Assembly: GCA_964016885.1 (NCBI GenBank)
Contig: OZ024741.1
Span: 177,072,001 to 177,136,000 of the forward strand
Length of the DNA: 64,000 nucleotides
From: Eledone cirrhosa
Lineage: Eukaryota
Direction of reading: 5' to 3'
Part shown: piece by piece, positions 1-15,055 of the stretch
Position numbering within the stretch: position 1 is the stretch's first letter
Layout of the letters: each line of letters begins with the position of its first letter
Position numbers and translations under genes: made by a program
Notes under the pieces: generated by a model
Told to the model about the DNA's origin: nothing
What the model saw: only the letters and a program-made list of their open reading frames with translations
Database searches by the model: none

Positions 1-107
1 TACGATTTGTCCAAGTCCACATTGGCACATTCGGGAAATCCAATCGGTACCTGTCAGACAGTTATAAACGCCTGAGCAGATTGGTGAGACTCTTGCACCC
101 TCATCCC
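1..107 (-). pseudogene. Fragment of Tx1-clade ORF2 (APE endonuclease region), runs off window start
   Basis: Reverse complement closely matches ~34965-35070 of the intact Tx1 ORF2 (GCKSLTNLLRRF-LSDRYRLDFPNVPMWTWTN). Confidence 0.85.
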
Positions 108-269
108 CTATCCACAGAGTGAGTGTGTGTTGTCAACATTTCTGAGAGTGTGTGATGTCAACATGTATATATCCTTGCGTATACTATCAATATACACACT
201 GCACATTCCAGTAGAAAACCACCCGAAGGGTGGTTTTTCTGCTTGTAGTAATTATGAAGAGTGCATTTA

Positions 270-905
270 CGTAACACCACACCAAATACGATAGAGAAAA
301 TGATACATATTACGAAGACACAGAGGAAGACGTCTTACCCATCTAGAAAACTAGTATATAATAACCAATGTAGGATTCAAAAAATATCTAATAAAAATAT
401 ACTGGAAAATAGCTCTGAAACATTAATAAATCGAAACCTTATTTTCTATCTACAAGGAAGCTAATAAATTCGAAACTGAAGCTGAATCAGCAGTTAATTA
501 TGATTACGAAAAAAATCAAAATAAAGAAAATAAAACAGAAACTGTGAAAAAGATAACATTCAAATTGAAAATAGATCTCCAGAATGCTATGCTAAAACTG
601 TGATAAGAAAAAGCCTACATGACCAGTACCTACGAAAACTGAATAGACGAGAATTGGAAAGTAATATTTGAAAATATACGGGTTAAAATGCACTAAACCA
701 AAGGCCGAGACAAAAGGATTTTTAATTGCAGTAGAAGATGAAAACATCCCCTAGGAAGCTAACAAAAATAGATGAAGCAATACTGTGGTGATAGGAAAGA
801 AACAATTAACTATATTATCTGGGTGTCCATTCTTAAACTGAAATAGAATATACCTATAGGTATGATAGAGTAGACATTTACATACAATGTAAATTGTGCC
901 AACAC
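270..905 (+). pseudogene. Highly decayed R4/Dong-like retrotransposon relic
   Basis: Broken-frame remnants of KPLHxQY (~610), KAETxGFLIA (~700), ETIxxIIxGC (~800) and RYD motifs seen in the R4 copies elsewhere in the window. Confidence 0.5.
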
Positions 906-929
906 TAAGACGTAGCAGCAGAAAATATA

Positions 930-1125
930 TGGTACACAAGGCCAGCAATTTGAATGGAAGGAGCAAGTCGATTATATCGACCCCGATGCAATACTGGTTC
1001 CTCATTTTATTGACGCAGTAAGGATGAAGGGCGAAGGGATTTCAACACAGAATATAAGGGGCCATGACTAAATGCTGCTAAACAACGTGACCGACGCTCT
1101 CACGATTATGTCATTCCATCGCCAT
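930..1125 (-). mobile_element. Degenerate tRNA-derived SINE
   Basis: Matches SINE at 50622-50811 (cacaaggccagcaatt...ctggt..ttttat.gac....taaggatgaa.ggc). Confidence 0.7.
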
Positions 1126-1149
1126 TATATAATAATAATGATGGTAATG

Positions 1150-1580
1150 GTGGAAGAGGTCTTATCATTATAGAGGACTATGTTCAGATAAGAAAGCAGT
1201 CTGTACAAATATGTATATGAGAGAAGGGAGCCAATGCTCAGAGTTGTACTGAAGGAGAGGGCAATAGACCAGGGGATGTCCAAGGAGGAAATAACAACAA
1301 AGAGGAAGAGCAGCCTTCATGAAAAATCCATTCATAGCACCATCTTTAAGAAAACGCAATTCAGAGACCCACAGATATGGAGCTGGTTAAAAAGAGACAT
1401 TAAAAAGCTACAGAAGGAATGCTAATGTCTGCACAGACTGTTATGAGATCAAGATCGTCTAGATTGTCATACAAGCACTAGACACTAGTTCGGCCTCATC
1501 TTTTGGAACATTTCAAAAGGCATGCTTGCTGGGAACAGCAAGAACCCTCCTATACGTCCTGAATATCTGCGGCTGCAGGA
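1150..1580 (+). pseudogene. Internally deleted copy of R4/Dong family A (C-terminal pieces)
   Basis: GRGLI..EDYVQ / [19 protein letters not shown] / FRDPQIWSWL, then FGTFQKACLLGTARTLLYVLNI; same family as 23514-32129. Confidence 0.85.
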
Positions 1581-3822
1581 AGCGAAGAACCACACTGAGG
1601 TCGAAAAATCAGCAACAGGAACAACCCTCTTCCATACACTCCGCAATGACGCTCATACCAAGGACAGACTTCACAATGAGCCACAACGTGGCAACACCAA
1701 GGTACATGATAAAAAGCCACGACAAACATTGACCAGAGATGAATACATAGCAGTGATGGCTGCGTCCTATACTGCCATCCTGTTTCCGAGAGAGAACTCG
1801 TCAACGCAACAAACTTATAGTATCTGGAGGAATTTTAACCATATCTCCAGATATACATGGACATAGATGAGTTAGCTAATGTGAGAAGGGACATTATAAG
1901 GTACAAACGACTCACTGAATCAGAACCGGAAACCATTAAAGCAGAGATAAATGAGCAACATAACAACCCCGGTGACGAAAGAGACCTGCATACAACGGAA
2001 GCAGCAGATGGTCAGAGTATTGCTGAAATTTCCACTGATGAGAACCTCCCTGAACATGTATGTGATGGATCCCTGGTTGATTCTGCTGATTGCTTGGGAA
2101 ACGCTCAAAATCACAACTCTAATGCCACATGGCTGGAACATTTGGCAATCCATGCTTGCACCCAGGAATGGAATGAGATCACCTCCCAAGAAATAAAATC
2201 AGCAGTCAGCAATGTTGGAAACTAGAAGTCACTGGGCAGAGATGGCGTGCAGAACATCTGGCTGAAACATCTGGATGGGTTCCATGAAGCCTTGGCTGCT
2301 GAATTCTCAAGGATTGTAGCACACCCAAGAGAAGTCTCAAAGTGGATGACAACTGCGATAACGTATCTCCCACCGAAGAATGGATGCACGGATAATCCAC
2401 AAATATACAGACCAATTACATGTCTCTGAACGATGTACATAATCCCCACATCAGTGATTACCAACAGGGTCTACAATTACCTCGTCTGTGAGGATCTATT
2501 GCCACCTGAACGAAAAAGGTAAACTAGTGAGTTGTGTGTGCAACGGTCAGCTACTCATAAATAGACACATAACGGAAAACTGTTAACAGAAAAAGAAAGG
2601 CTTGTCAATGGTCTGGATAAACTTCAAGAAGGCATTTATGGATTATAAAGACTCTAGAAATTTACCTCATTGCACAAAGGTTAGACATTAATACAAGGAA
2701 CTATTGACAACAGAAAAAATGGATTTCCCTAAAGCCGATGTACATAGATTGTATATCTCAAGGAGAGAATTTGGAAGGGGCTCCGACAACTGAAAGCTGC
2801 ATACAAAATAAAATCATTGGATTGGCAGCTACCTCCATCACACCAGAGATGGAATCCTTATGCTTGTACTCAAGAATTAAGAAACTACACTTAATAACAA
2901 AAGAGGCAAGAACATTTAGGCAAAAATTGAACCTGGAACAAGTCATACCCATACAAAATCAACAAGAGTGCTGCATAGATAGCTATGGCAGTGAAGATCA
3001 AAGCAAAGAAACTCCAAATAGAGGAACTAAACCGTGAAGGAAAGCGTGAAGGAAACCGTGAAGGAAAAACCACTACATGGTCAAAACGACTTTCTGATAA
3101 TGATATCAATCAACATGGCTCACTATCCTGGCTGTTTTGAAAGCAGAGACTGAGAGACTCTTAGTTACTGCACAAGACCAATCTCTAAACGATCGAGCCT
3201 ATAGACATAGCATAGTGAAACATGGGACTAACCTTCTATGTAGAATATGCAACAAACTCGAAGAAACGGCAGATCATGTTATCTCCGTGTGTCCAGAGCT
3301 GGAAAAAACTGACTAAATCGAAAGACACAACCACATTGCCAAATATGTGCACTGCATGATCTGCCGCTCTCATGACATCCAAACTTCTAACAAAAGTATG
3401 AACAGTCATGGAAAAGGGAAACATATCCATCTTGTGACATATGCCTGTAATAACCAACCGAGAATTATAGAAAAAAAAAGATATTTCCCTACCAGCTTAC
3501 AAGATTACATCTATGAAAACAATAGAAAAACTGTCAAAATCCAAAGACTACATGTGGAGGAAGACAACAAACAGTATCCCTGTGGTAATAGGAGCATTAG
3601 GGTTAATACCAAAATCCTCAGAACTACACCTTAGCGTCCGTACCTGCAAGATCCGCAAATATGAGCTACAGAAAATTGGGCTACTAGGAACAGCACACAT
3701 TCTCAGACGAGTTCTCTCTCTCTACAATGAAAACCTATATTGCCCTAGGTTCAAGGCCTTGACCCAGCAATGGAGAAACAGAACTGAGCTAAACGAAATA
3801 GCCCAATAATAATGATAATAAT
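1581..3822 (+). mobile_element. Decayed R4/Dong-clade non-LTR retrotransposon ending in (AAT)n
   Basis: N-terminal (W/L)TRDEYIAVM..LANVRRDI; KSLGRDGVQNIWLK; YRPITCL; KAETExLLVTAQDQ; CRIC..ETADHVISVC; IPVVIGALG..LQKIGLLGTAHILRRVL; AAT tail ~3805-3822. Confidence 0.85.
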
Positions 3823-4010
3823 AATTGTTTGTACTTTTGGCGCAAGACCAGCAATTACCCAGTACATGACAGTACTTTATTTCATCGACCCTGTAAGGAT
3901 AAAAGGCAAAGTTAACCTCGACGGGATTCGAACTCAGACCGTAAAGGGTCGTAACTATGCTAGAAAGCATGGCGTCCAACCTTCTACAGATACTGCCAAT
4001 TCACCGCACT
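3823..4010 (-). mobile_element. tRNA-derived SINE, tail-to-tail with the R4 relic
   Basis: A-box-like TGGCAGTATCTG, B-box GAGTTCGAATCC and core gcctttatccttacagggtcgat on the minus strand. Confidence 0.85.
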
Positions 4011-4169
4011 TTGATAATGATAATCATAATGCTTTCTTTATCAGCCACACAAGGTTCACATTAAGTAAATATTAAAGACGTCACAGGGCGGTACAGTGTG
4101 TTTGTTTGTGTAAAATATAATCTGTTGTATGGACTAAAAAAATAGACATTTTAAATATCGAACATAACA

Positions 4170-6025
4170 AATTCCCCCAAAGTGAGAAAATCTGTGAGTC
4201 ACTTGTTGATAAAACGCACAAAAATTCACGATCACATAGAACTTAGCCACGGTGTGGGTGGACTATAAGAAATCATACGAGTGTCTGAAATTTACACAAG
4301 TGCCAGAAAATATGATAAGGTTTATAGAAAGATCGTTGACCAGATGGAAAACAGAGTTAAATTAATATACTGACCAGTTAGGATCTGTTAACATGCGAAG
4401 GGATATATTTCATTGAGTTATACCACCATTATGTGTCATGTGCATGATCCACACCCCACTCAATTCCTCAGACAAGTGAAAAAGGGATATGTGCTAGAAG
4501 GTATTAAGAACAATCATCCGTTATTCATAAATTATTTAAAATGATATACGGAAAACATAGGACGACATTTGCAGCTTAACATCTTCTGTATACCTTATTT
4601 GTCAATATATTGGGAATGGAGTTTCGGATAATAAGCCGAGTTGTTGTAAACCTGAAACCTGGAAAACTAACACAGATTTGAGGGATTGAGCTTGCAAATT
4701 GCCAGATTATAAAATAAATGTGAAAGGACGAGGAGACGTATTAAACAGTCTTTGAGTTGGATAAGATGACAAAGAACGAAATGAAGATGTTAAAAAAGGA
4801 ATACCTCAGGCGGGTGAGGCTTGCAATACTGTCTAAATTAAATGGCAACGAATAAAAGGAGGGGTGTCTCTCATGTCATATGGAGCAGGATTTATTAAAG
4901 GATTGAAGGATGAATTGGTAATTATTGATAGGAAAACTAGTAAATAGTTGAAAGTGCATAAAGGACTCCACACAAAGTGTTACAGGAGTTTATGCTAGAA
5001 TAAAGAAAGGGAGTAGAGTACGAATAAGTTTTGAAAGTAGTATCAAAACGAAAGAAACATTCTACCCTGGTATTTTTAAAATGTAAGGGGTAACACCATG
5101 TACAAAAGAAAGAGATCTCGAAACACTGAAATCTGCTGATGCAGTAGCACATAATGAATGAAGGACGGGAGTGAAAAAAGAACTTGAAAAGGAATAGAAG
5201 AATAAACTTACGCATGGATAATACACAAGAGAGAAAGTAGCAATTAATCGGGAAAAGAGGTGGTTGTTGCATAAAAATGGTGATCTCAATGGATGCACTG
5301 ACGCTCTGGTGTGCAACGCGCGAGGCTTGGTTCTGCGAATTAACTTCACTTAACCTCATGTTGACCAAACGATTAAATCACCTTCATGTAGAATGTGTGA
5401 AACAACAGGACAACCGCTCACCTATATTATAAGCGAATGTGTTAAGTTGGCACAGCGAGATTACAAAAGGCAATATGGTAATGATGCTAGATGTATCCAT
5501 TGGATAATATGGGATTGTCAGATCAATTAAATTGTATCGGCAGAAATGCTGTTACAGAATTGCGAATTAAAGCTTTTCTGGGACCTCACCATTCACTAGG
5601 ATAGAAGGATTGAGGCAGGACGGCCAGACATTATAGTTGTGAACAAGAGGAAAAGGAGGTCAAAATTATCGATGTATTTTTCTCAGGAGGTAGTAGATTT
5701 ATGTATAAAGACAATGAAAGGATGAAGAAGTATGATCCACTGAACGACCGTGTTGAGGTTACGAATGTTTTAATGAATCCATTGCATACATATAGGACAC
5801 TTCTGAGGATTGTTCGAATAGAAGCAGGATTGATGCAAAATGAAAGGTCATGCAGAAGACAGCACTACTTGGTAGAGCAATGATTTTAATAAAGTTCTTA
5901 TCTATGTAAACACAGGAGAGAATCTATTAAGGGACCTTTGCCAACACGTTGACTGCTCCCTAACTGAGATATCCAGATCACCTAACATCCACGTGTCTGT
6001 GATTTACAAAACCGAATAATAGTAA
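4170..6025 (+). mobile_element. Heavily decayed R4/Dong-clade relic
   Basis: Remnants of RRDIFH..LxPPL, NHPLFI, KEYLRRVR, KNLRMDN (KxLHG-like), SPSCRMC, RRPDIIVVNK..IIDV and QHYL motifs in shifting frames; AAT-like tail ~6015. Confidence 0.7.
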
Positions 6026-6374
6026 TTAATTTAAAATGCATCGGTAAAATAAATATCAGTCTTGAAAAACCCTTCAGGCTTTATAACAAGCCAATTATTA
6101 AAACAAGTGGGTGTATCTCGCCTGAGTTGGATCGTTACGTTTCTTCTCATCCGTAAAGAATCAGTATTATATTAATTATAAACAGTGTATTTCACTCTGG
6201 TTTCTGCTATTCTAGATTACTGAAGAACAAATACAGATTTCCTCTCTCTATAAAAGTTGCATTTTCCTTCTTCCTGGTAACCTGAGAATTATGTAATTTC
6301 TTGAAATATTTGCATTAATATTTGCCGTAGCAAACATGTATTGTTTCTTAAGATTCTACTGATGTCTTATTAAT

Positions 6375-6566
6375 AATTGTTTCTACATTTGCTACAAGGT
6401 AAGCGATTATGCCAGTGCATTACTGGTACTTTATTTTATCGACCCCGTAAGGATGAAAGGCAAAGTTAACCTCGGCGGGATTTGAACTCAGAATGGCAAG
6501 GGCCGTAACTCTATGCGGCAAAGCATGGCATCCGACCCTTTACTGATAATGCCAATCCAACGCCCT
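6375..6566 (-). mobile_element. tRNA-derived SINE
   Basis: Nearly full-length match to 50622-50811 including B-box GAGTTCAAATCC. Confidence 0.85.
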
Positions 6567-8602
6567 TATGTCTTATTAATAATGTTATTGTATCGCAGAT
6601 ATTATACATAGATTTTCCAGGCTATACCAGTTTAAAGCAACCCCAATTTTAATGTATGGTACATTAATTTACAGACAGTTTCTCATTATTTCATCAGCAA
6701 AACATCGTATTTGGTTCTACTTTCTGACACAAATCTTCATGCATCACATGCAATCCAATAATATCTTGTTAATATTCCTTGCACTACAGTAAATTATAGG
6801 TCCCTCCATAGGATGTCTCGATAATTGTCTCTGCTCAGGGTTTCACATTTAGAATGACACTGATACATCAGTCATCGTGGGGAGCATCTTCCTCCATAAA
6901 TTGATACATTTGAAAGGTGATGTGTTTCCATTAAACATTATCAATCAATAGATATAGAATAAAGGGTAAAACCATTGGATTTCCTAAATTACCCCATTTT
7001 GCCAAATGTAGATTATATTACAAAGGGCAAGAGTACATCGCATCATTTCCCTAATTTACTTCCCGCCTTTCTTACTCGCGTGTCTCAATGTAATTACATA
7101 ATAAAAATTATAACCAAGGGACAGAAACAGAGATGATACGCTTTGTTTCACTACAGCATATAGGACAGCACACACTCATGGCAGATTGATCTGATATTTC
7201 AACTATTGCAGTTTGATAAAATGTGGTTATCATATCCAATGAAGTTAGACAACTATTTCTACAATCTCTGGATGCAGTGGTGATATTATTATACAGTCTT
7301 GAAATTACATATCTTTCTTTTTGTTGAAGCGAAATATCATAACGAATATAATGTAAGGTGTTTCTTTTTTGTATTTTCCATTTAGTTTCATATCAATATT
7401 TTTCTAAAAGATGAATATATCTTTTTAGCAATATCTGTATTCTCTTTTGAGGTTTGTTTTTCTTTTGTGTAAAATGTACTTTTAACTTGTTTCTCATATC
7501 GTAGACAGTAAATAGGCAAAAGTGAACCTAATGTCCAACATAATTAATACACTATCAATGATAATCATTCGAACAGTTACTTTGTATCACATATATTAGT
7601 GTTTTTAATATCAGATGGTATCGGTTGTACATCTAATCTCTCCTTGCCACAATAATGCCAACATCTCCATGTTGTTTCAAGTTTTAAAGTTATTTTTATA
7701 TCAACACATCTAATGGTTTTCTATAATTACGTTATATTCAAAGAACGATAGTTTGCAGTCAGCTTCAGATACACGTACGTGATTAGATGGATACCTTGAT
7801 ATCGTTAATCACTATACGTCAATAGAAGGCTAGTCAAAAGTGTATATATTTCAATTGTTTTAAATATATGGCTGCCAGAAATTTCTTATAATACACCAAC
7901 TCCAATTGCTCATGTCCTCTGCAACAACAAACACCACAGATGAAACTAATAAACGTACATTGGATGAATATATTAATTATCTATACGCAAATGAAAACAC
8001 ATATGATAGGTTGAACTCATAATGCGTTACTTCGATATGTACAAAGTATGCTTTTTTTTCTGAAATTAAATAGCTAGGTTCTGTATGGTGGATATAAAGG
8101 TTATGCACACGGCACGCATGAAGAAACTAAACATTATTTTAAATATTTTACGAAGTCTCTCCGTTTATATTTTATAGCACAACACAGGGAAAATCAATCA
8201 TAATTATAGTCGTATTTCAATTCCGAAACATACACCAAAGAGGAAATTAATTAAGGCATCTAAGTAACTTCAGTACAAATTTTGCTGCAACGTTTGGTCT
8301 GGGAAATTATTAATAACACTTCAAGTCTAACTCTATAATGTATGACTCTAACTCTCTGTTCTCTCATACACACGGAAATACACACAAAAACTCACATGGG
8401 TGTTTCGAAACTCCATTAACGTAGTTATCATGGGGATTCTGTGTGACACAGGGCTTGACAACGCTGACAATTTGATACACCGATTCAACTAATGTTTGAC
8501 AGCTGGAACAACATAAAATAATATTTCCCAATGAAAAACAGCGAACCACCTGGAATCTATATTGCAGCTTTACGATCATGAGCCGAACATCCTTAGCATT
8601 AC

Positions 8603-8795
<193 letters not shown>

Positions 8796-8998
8796 GTACG
8801 TATGGAGTCACCGAACATTTATTACAATGCTCGGTGTGTCTGTAAACAAACACCCCGTATTAAGCCGTACTCTCTAGCAACCATCGTTGCTCGTTTGTTC
8901 AACACTAACAAACGAACGCTGTACTAGTTTCAAGCTTATTAGCTATCGTCAGCAACGTATACCTTCCTGCCGGATGGTATAAGCAATTTTCTGCTTCC

Positions 8999-9052
<54 letters not shown>

Positions 9053-9462
9053 GGACAAAATGAAACGAAATTTCATTTCCCACTCTTAGTACGGCTGTTA
9101 CTTAAATATAAGTATAAGTATATTTAAGTAACAGGCGTACTAAGGTTGGGTAATGAAATTTCGTTTAATTTTTTCCGTTTATTATTTTCGGTACACCGGT
9201 CGATTAACTCACTCGATATGCAAATTGGGCTGCTCAGCCGTTAATGGGAATAAGGAAAGTTTATACTTTCAGACGTTCAACCATCTGGCAGGAAGGTATA
9301 CGTTGCTGACGATAGCTAATAAGCTTGAAACTAGTACAGCGTTCCTTTGTCAGTGTTGAACAAACGAGCAACGATGGTTGCTAGACACTACGGCTTAATA
9401 CGGGGTGTTTGTTTACAGACACACCGAGCATTGTAACAAATGTTCGGTGAATCCATACGTAC
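8796..9462. repeat. ~180-bp inverted repeat pair (8796-8978 / 9280-9462), MITE-like, embedded in TA tracts
   Basis: gtacgtatggagtcaccgaacattt...tataccttcctgccggatggt is the reverse complement of accatctggcaggaaggtata...aaatgttcggtgaatccatacgtac with few mismatches. Confidence 0.85.
9049..9178. repeat. Inner ~60-bp-arm palindrome (possible small MITE)
   Basis: acggacaaaatgaaacgaaatttcat...tacttaaatata pairs with tatatttaagta...atgaaatttcgtttaattttttccgt. Confidence 0.75.
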
Positions 9463-10097
<635 letters not shown>

Positions 10098-11949
10098 GTA
10101 CATATAAATCCACCAAAGACATGTGCGCATTCAAAAGATCTAAATATAGTAATGACGTTGTCCGCAAGAATTGCTGCAATATACTTCATTATTTGGCACA
10201 ACGGATAATTCATATTTCGCACAAATACGATTAAATACCATATTATGACAGACATATACCAAGATGAGTTTTTAACTCAGAGCAGCGATCGTAAATGGGA
10301 TTTATCAATTATTAGGTGTTTCATAGTCAATACATAGCGAGACCGTAAGAGATAGTTTAAGTGGCCCATCACTCAATTTACATAATATCGTTTGTTTTAA
10401 TTAAGAAATACGTAACTATTAGGAAAAAACAACATATCGGAAGGAAAAGGAGCACTCGGCAATATTTATAAAGTGTAAAAACATCTATATTCTAAGATAC
10501 ATGTGAGTTCCAGGTGAAACTTTAATAATGTGTATGTGCATATATTTCTAATGTGAATCAAAAACAGTCATCAATACCAACACTATAAACTGTACCAATT
10601 ATAGTGATACTCGGTTCGTTTAATTCGCCACCGGGCAAATATATTTATGATGAATTGAAGTGATTCTCACATACCACTGCGTCTAATTATATCAACTTCT
10701 AAAGGAACACCAGATAATGCCATATGTTTACGTAATTATATCATATTGGTTTATCACAAACAGAGAAACATGCACATGCGTAGATGATTAGTGGAATGAC
10801 AATCACTTCTTAGATAATATATTTATTCCATTATTAACGCAAATTTAGTTGAGCAGAAATAGAAACAAACAAATAAATATATTTAGTAGTAATGAATGAG
10901 TCTAAAACCTAAACCCATTTCAATCTTATCGATTTCTACATTCCCTCACCACATGAGATTAGTATGATTAATGCTTTCTGTATTGAGTAATAGCAATAAA
11001 ATATATCAATATACTAACTTTCAAAAAAGGTGGAACAAATTTACCTTTTACCCATTCGTCTTCGATAAAAGATTTCCCGTCCAGTTTTGATGTAGCTCTC
11101 TGTTCATTCAATGACCATATCCAGGATGCTTCACTGGACCAAGGAAGAGAGGGGCAAGATGGTATCTGCATCTGCTCACGACTGCCCGCGCACTGAAATC
11201 TCTGACCGAAAGGGTGGTACATGATACCAATTATATTCGACTGCCTGTGACGGCTATAATTTTTGAGATAGTTTCGTGTGCTCCTGTCACATATGAGCAG
11301 ATTTAGAATAGGAAGAGGTGCATTCAATTTATTTACCAAACATATATTACTGGTTTTTATTTAAGAAATCTTAAAGAGATGAGAGACACAATTTAATCTT
11401 GTTGGAGATTTAAACTTAGAATGGAAGAGAAAAAAATGGAGCAACGTAAGACAGTTTGCCTAGCATTCTACCAATTCTACTATACCTTTCAGCACACAAA
11501 ACCCATCCTATAAAAAGATAAAAATTTCTATACGAAAGTAATCTGTGTTTGTGTATGAAGAAAATATCAATTGTTGAATATACCTTGTATTAATGGTTAA
11601 ATAAAAAAATGCAAAAATAGATACTATTTTAGCTTTTACTTCCATTCAGTTCGAAATGGCGTTCGAGAATGGATTTTCTATAATTTATCACATATTAAAT
11701 GATGAAAATAAATTGATTGTCCTATTTTTAGCTGATATATCTATGATAGGAAATTTGATAAGGAGTACAGAACGGAATGTGGATAAGACAGCAATTCTAT
11801 AAAGGAAATAAAATTGAATAAATCGATGACGATTATGTTTATGATGTAGACCATCACGTTTTCTTCATTGGATGGGGTAGAGATGGTACAGGGAACAACA
11901 GAGATACAGATTCATTATAGCTCAACCTCACAGATGATTTTCTCCTTAG

Positions 11950-13600
11950 GTTCCATTGGGTTCTAGCCTTCACTTAACTCTAGGTTTTCCATGCAGGAGG
12001 AATCATGGGAAGGTTTTCTCAGACAATATTCTTTGTCATTGAATCAGATGAACACTAATTTCCTTTCTTGTTGAATATCAGTAGGAGGGAAGATTTGGTT
12101 CTTGAAGCTTAGGCTGATAGATATGTCTCTGTGGGTGGTACAACCTTATGCACCAACATGTAGTCTGAATACTGATCCTTCCTTGATGACGTCACTACAG
12201 CGTTAGATGTAGTTAGGACGGAGTCATATATCCAGATGGGAGATGTCAATACACATGTTGACACTGACCACCTGACATAGAAATGAGTGATTGGAAGGAA
12301 TGGCCATTCCGATCTAAATACAAATCGAGAGGCCTTATTAGTCTTCTCCTTTGCATTGGACTATCTATTATGATCAATTTCTTCAAGCATATAAATATCC
12401 ATAAATGTCCATGGTATTAGGGGAATCAGGGACAGAGATCAATAATTGATTTTATTATTGTCTCTGATCTCTTCGATTCTCTGCTCGATGTTCCTATAAA
12501 GATAGGGGTTTAGCTGTTATCTAATCACCATCAAGATATCAGCCACTTGAGACTACATAAAGCCAAATAATCACACAAAACTGGAAGGTCCAGGTCAACC
12601 TACTGGATACCGTTGCAAGCGTTAGTGGATAAATTATACAGCTACTACTTCATCCAAATTCAGAGAACTCTGAGCAAATTGAGGATGTTGAAACGGCGTG
12701 CTGATTGCTCAGTTCGGCGGTTTCTGATTCAGCTGCTAAATTCTGGGAACGGAAGAGGCTTGGTGTGACGCCAAGGTGATTCTTTGGTCCAATCAAGAGC
12801 TCAAAGATGCTATCCGAACAAAGAAGGAAGTCTACCAATGTTGGCTTAGGAATAAGGCCACCTTCTTGCACTTGCAGTAAAAACAGGCTCAAATAATCGC
12901 AGCAGGAACTGTAAAGGTATCCACATTTAACATATGGGATACATTTGGGGTTAAGCTGGAGTACGACTTCAGGCCAGCATATAAAGTGGTCCGGCAAACC
13001 ATTTGCTGACTTCGTAATAAGAATTACTCCTCCACACCTATCAGGAATGGGTTTGGGTCTCTCCTCTTTTCAGGGAGTTGCATCCTCGTGACTTGGACAG
13101 AATACTTTGTTGATCTCATAAACGCGAGGACAAAAGCATCTGGTGATGTACAGAAGGTGGGAGCGCTGACTAATCTTTCGGAAGCTTAGGTCTTAAGAGC
13201 AATTCAAGAATTCAAATGTAGAAAGGCCGCCGGAAAATTTGAAATTCGAACTGAGGTGTTAAAAGCCTTAAATAGAGAAGGTATATTATGGCTAACTAGT
13301 GTGTGCCGATTGGCTTTGTTACCTGGAAAAGCAATTAGGCAATGGAATGGTGAACGATTATCCCGAGTTCAGAACAGCAGACAAGAGACATTGCTAATAT
13401 TCGGGGCAATGACATACATGGGGATTGTCAAATCCAAGCTAGCTGATAAACAATAGGGTTTTCCTTTCTGACGCAGAACAGATCGGCGACAGGTCATTGA
13501 TAAATCGTGGAAGTACTTCCATAGGCGTAGTCAAGATTTGTATACTCGAAAAGGCATATAACCGCATTCCGTGGGACCTACTGTGTAAGCTTCAGCAGGA
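11950..13600 (+). mobile_element. Decayed RTE-clade (Rex3/Expander-like) LINE
   Basis: APE remnants MGDVNTHV, GQRSIIDFIIV, LSNHH; RT-start remnants KAAGKFEIRTEVLKALNREGILWL; EKAYNRIPWDLL. Confidence 0.75.
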
Positions 13601-14984
13601 TCGATAATCAATTTCTTGTTGCCGGATACCGAACTAGTCCGTCCTGAATATGACTCTAATGCATTCATTTAACCGGCAAGGGTAGGCGCTTTTTTTTTGC
13701 TTGGTCGCTGTAGTGAAAGTGTTAGGAAGGTAGACGCGGTTGACCATTTACTCTTCGACCATCATCATAGTTTCAAGTTTTATTGTTATATGTTTTTGTC
13801 TAAACCCTCACAGGCTTTGTTTTTGTAATGTCCTTAATGTTTCGGTCTTTGTGGCGACTAAAGAAATTATAATAATTATCATTGTTATTATGAAATGGCG
13901 CTATATTATGAGTATAATTAGAACGGCGTAGGAAAGGATTTGATTTACTGTATATACTTAACACTTTCTGTATACACCGTTTAAATCCCATCGAGGTTCA
14001 CTTTCTTTTTCATCCATTTTGTCACCGCTTCTGCTACCTCCATTGTTGATGGTGGTGGGGATATGGTTGGTGATGCTTGTAGTGGAGTCAGTGATGGCAA
14101 CACTGTCGACAAGAATATATGATCATTGCAGAATGGCGTCTTATTGTGACAATTTTACTTAATGTTTGTAAATATTGATTAGTTTAATGAGCATTGATAT
14201 GCACGTAATAATTGAAATTCTGTGATTTCCTTCTCAAGGCGAATTGATCTAGCATAGAAATATTACTTGAGATAGAACATTTTTGTTATTGGAGAAACAC
14301 TATATTAGTTTCACTGTTAATTTAATGAAACTCACATGAAAACAGTCGCATATATGATGAAGTTCAATCCCGAATGTAGTACCCTTCCGGTATTTTGTCC
14401 TTATATTTTTAAAATGTAATATTCAACAGATTTAAATTTCAAAATGTACATGGATTTTTAAATTTTGCCGTGGGACGTTTTCGTCAGCTGGCAATTGTTA
14501 ACGTATACTTTTAGAAAAAAAAAATCACAGGGGAATATGTTACAAATGTATTTATTACATGGATGCCAGGCATTAAATTATATGCATATTGTCACCGCTT
14601 TTGTTCATAATTTACATGAATACAATTTACATGCGCATCCTGAATGAAAGTGACATCTAGACTGGTCTGTGTAGAATCACACGGCTGATATTTTCAGATT
14701 ACAGGGAAATATGTAAATTGTCGGGGATGAACTCTGGCATGACCCTGAGAGGTTTGCTGCTGAGTTCACCAGGACAAGAATGTGAATTGGGGTTGCACAT
14801 TCTGGGACTGTCATTCACTCAGGAATGCTGTGCAGTGTATGTTGTTTAAGGGTGGAGTTACGTTGAAGCAAGGGGATCGTTTTTCCTTTACGAATGGTGG
14901 AATTAACGAGCATGAATCAAATACAGGAATTCCTGTAGCTGGTAATATAACTGTTTCTACTTCTTTTGTAGCTGATATAATAAT

Positions 14985-15055
14985 TTTTTCTACTTTTGGC
15001 AAAAAGTCAGCAATTATCCCAGTGCATTGCTGGTACTTTATTTTATCGACCCCGT
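14985..15055 (-). mobile_element. SINE 3' fragment
   Basis: tttctactttt...cagcaattatcccagtgcattgctggtactttattttatcgacccc. Confidence 0.75.

Noticed and set aside
13680-13890. Possible old Tx1-like 3'UTR ending ..taaagaaattataat
   Set aside because: Similarity is limited to the last ~50 nt and too weak to call.
14715-14790. IVGDELWHDPERF resembles the cytochrome P450 PERF motif
   Set aside because: The frame is closed by nearby stops, and there is no ExxR or FxxGxRxCxG motif or suitable splice sites.
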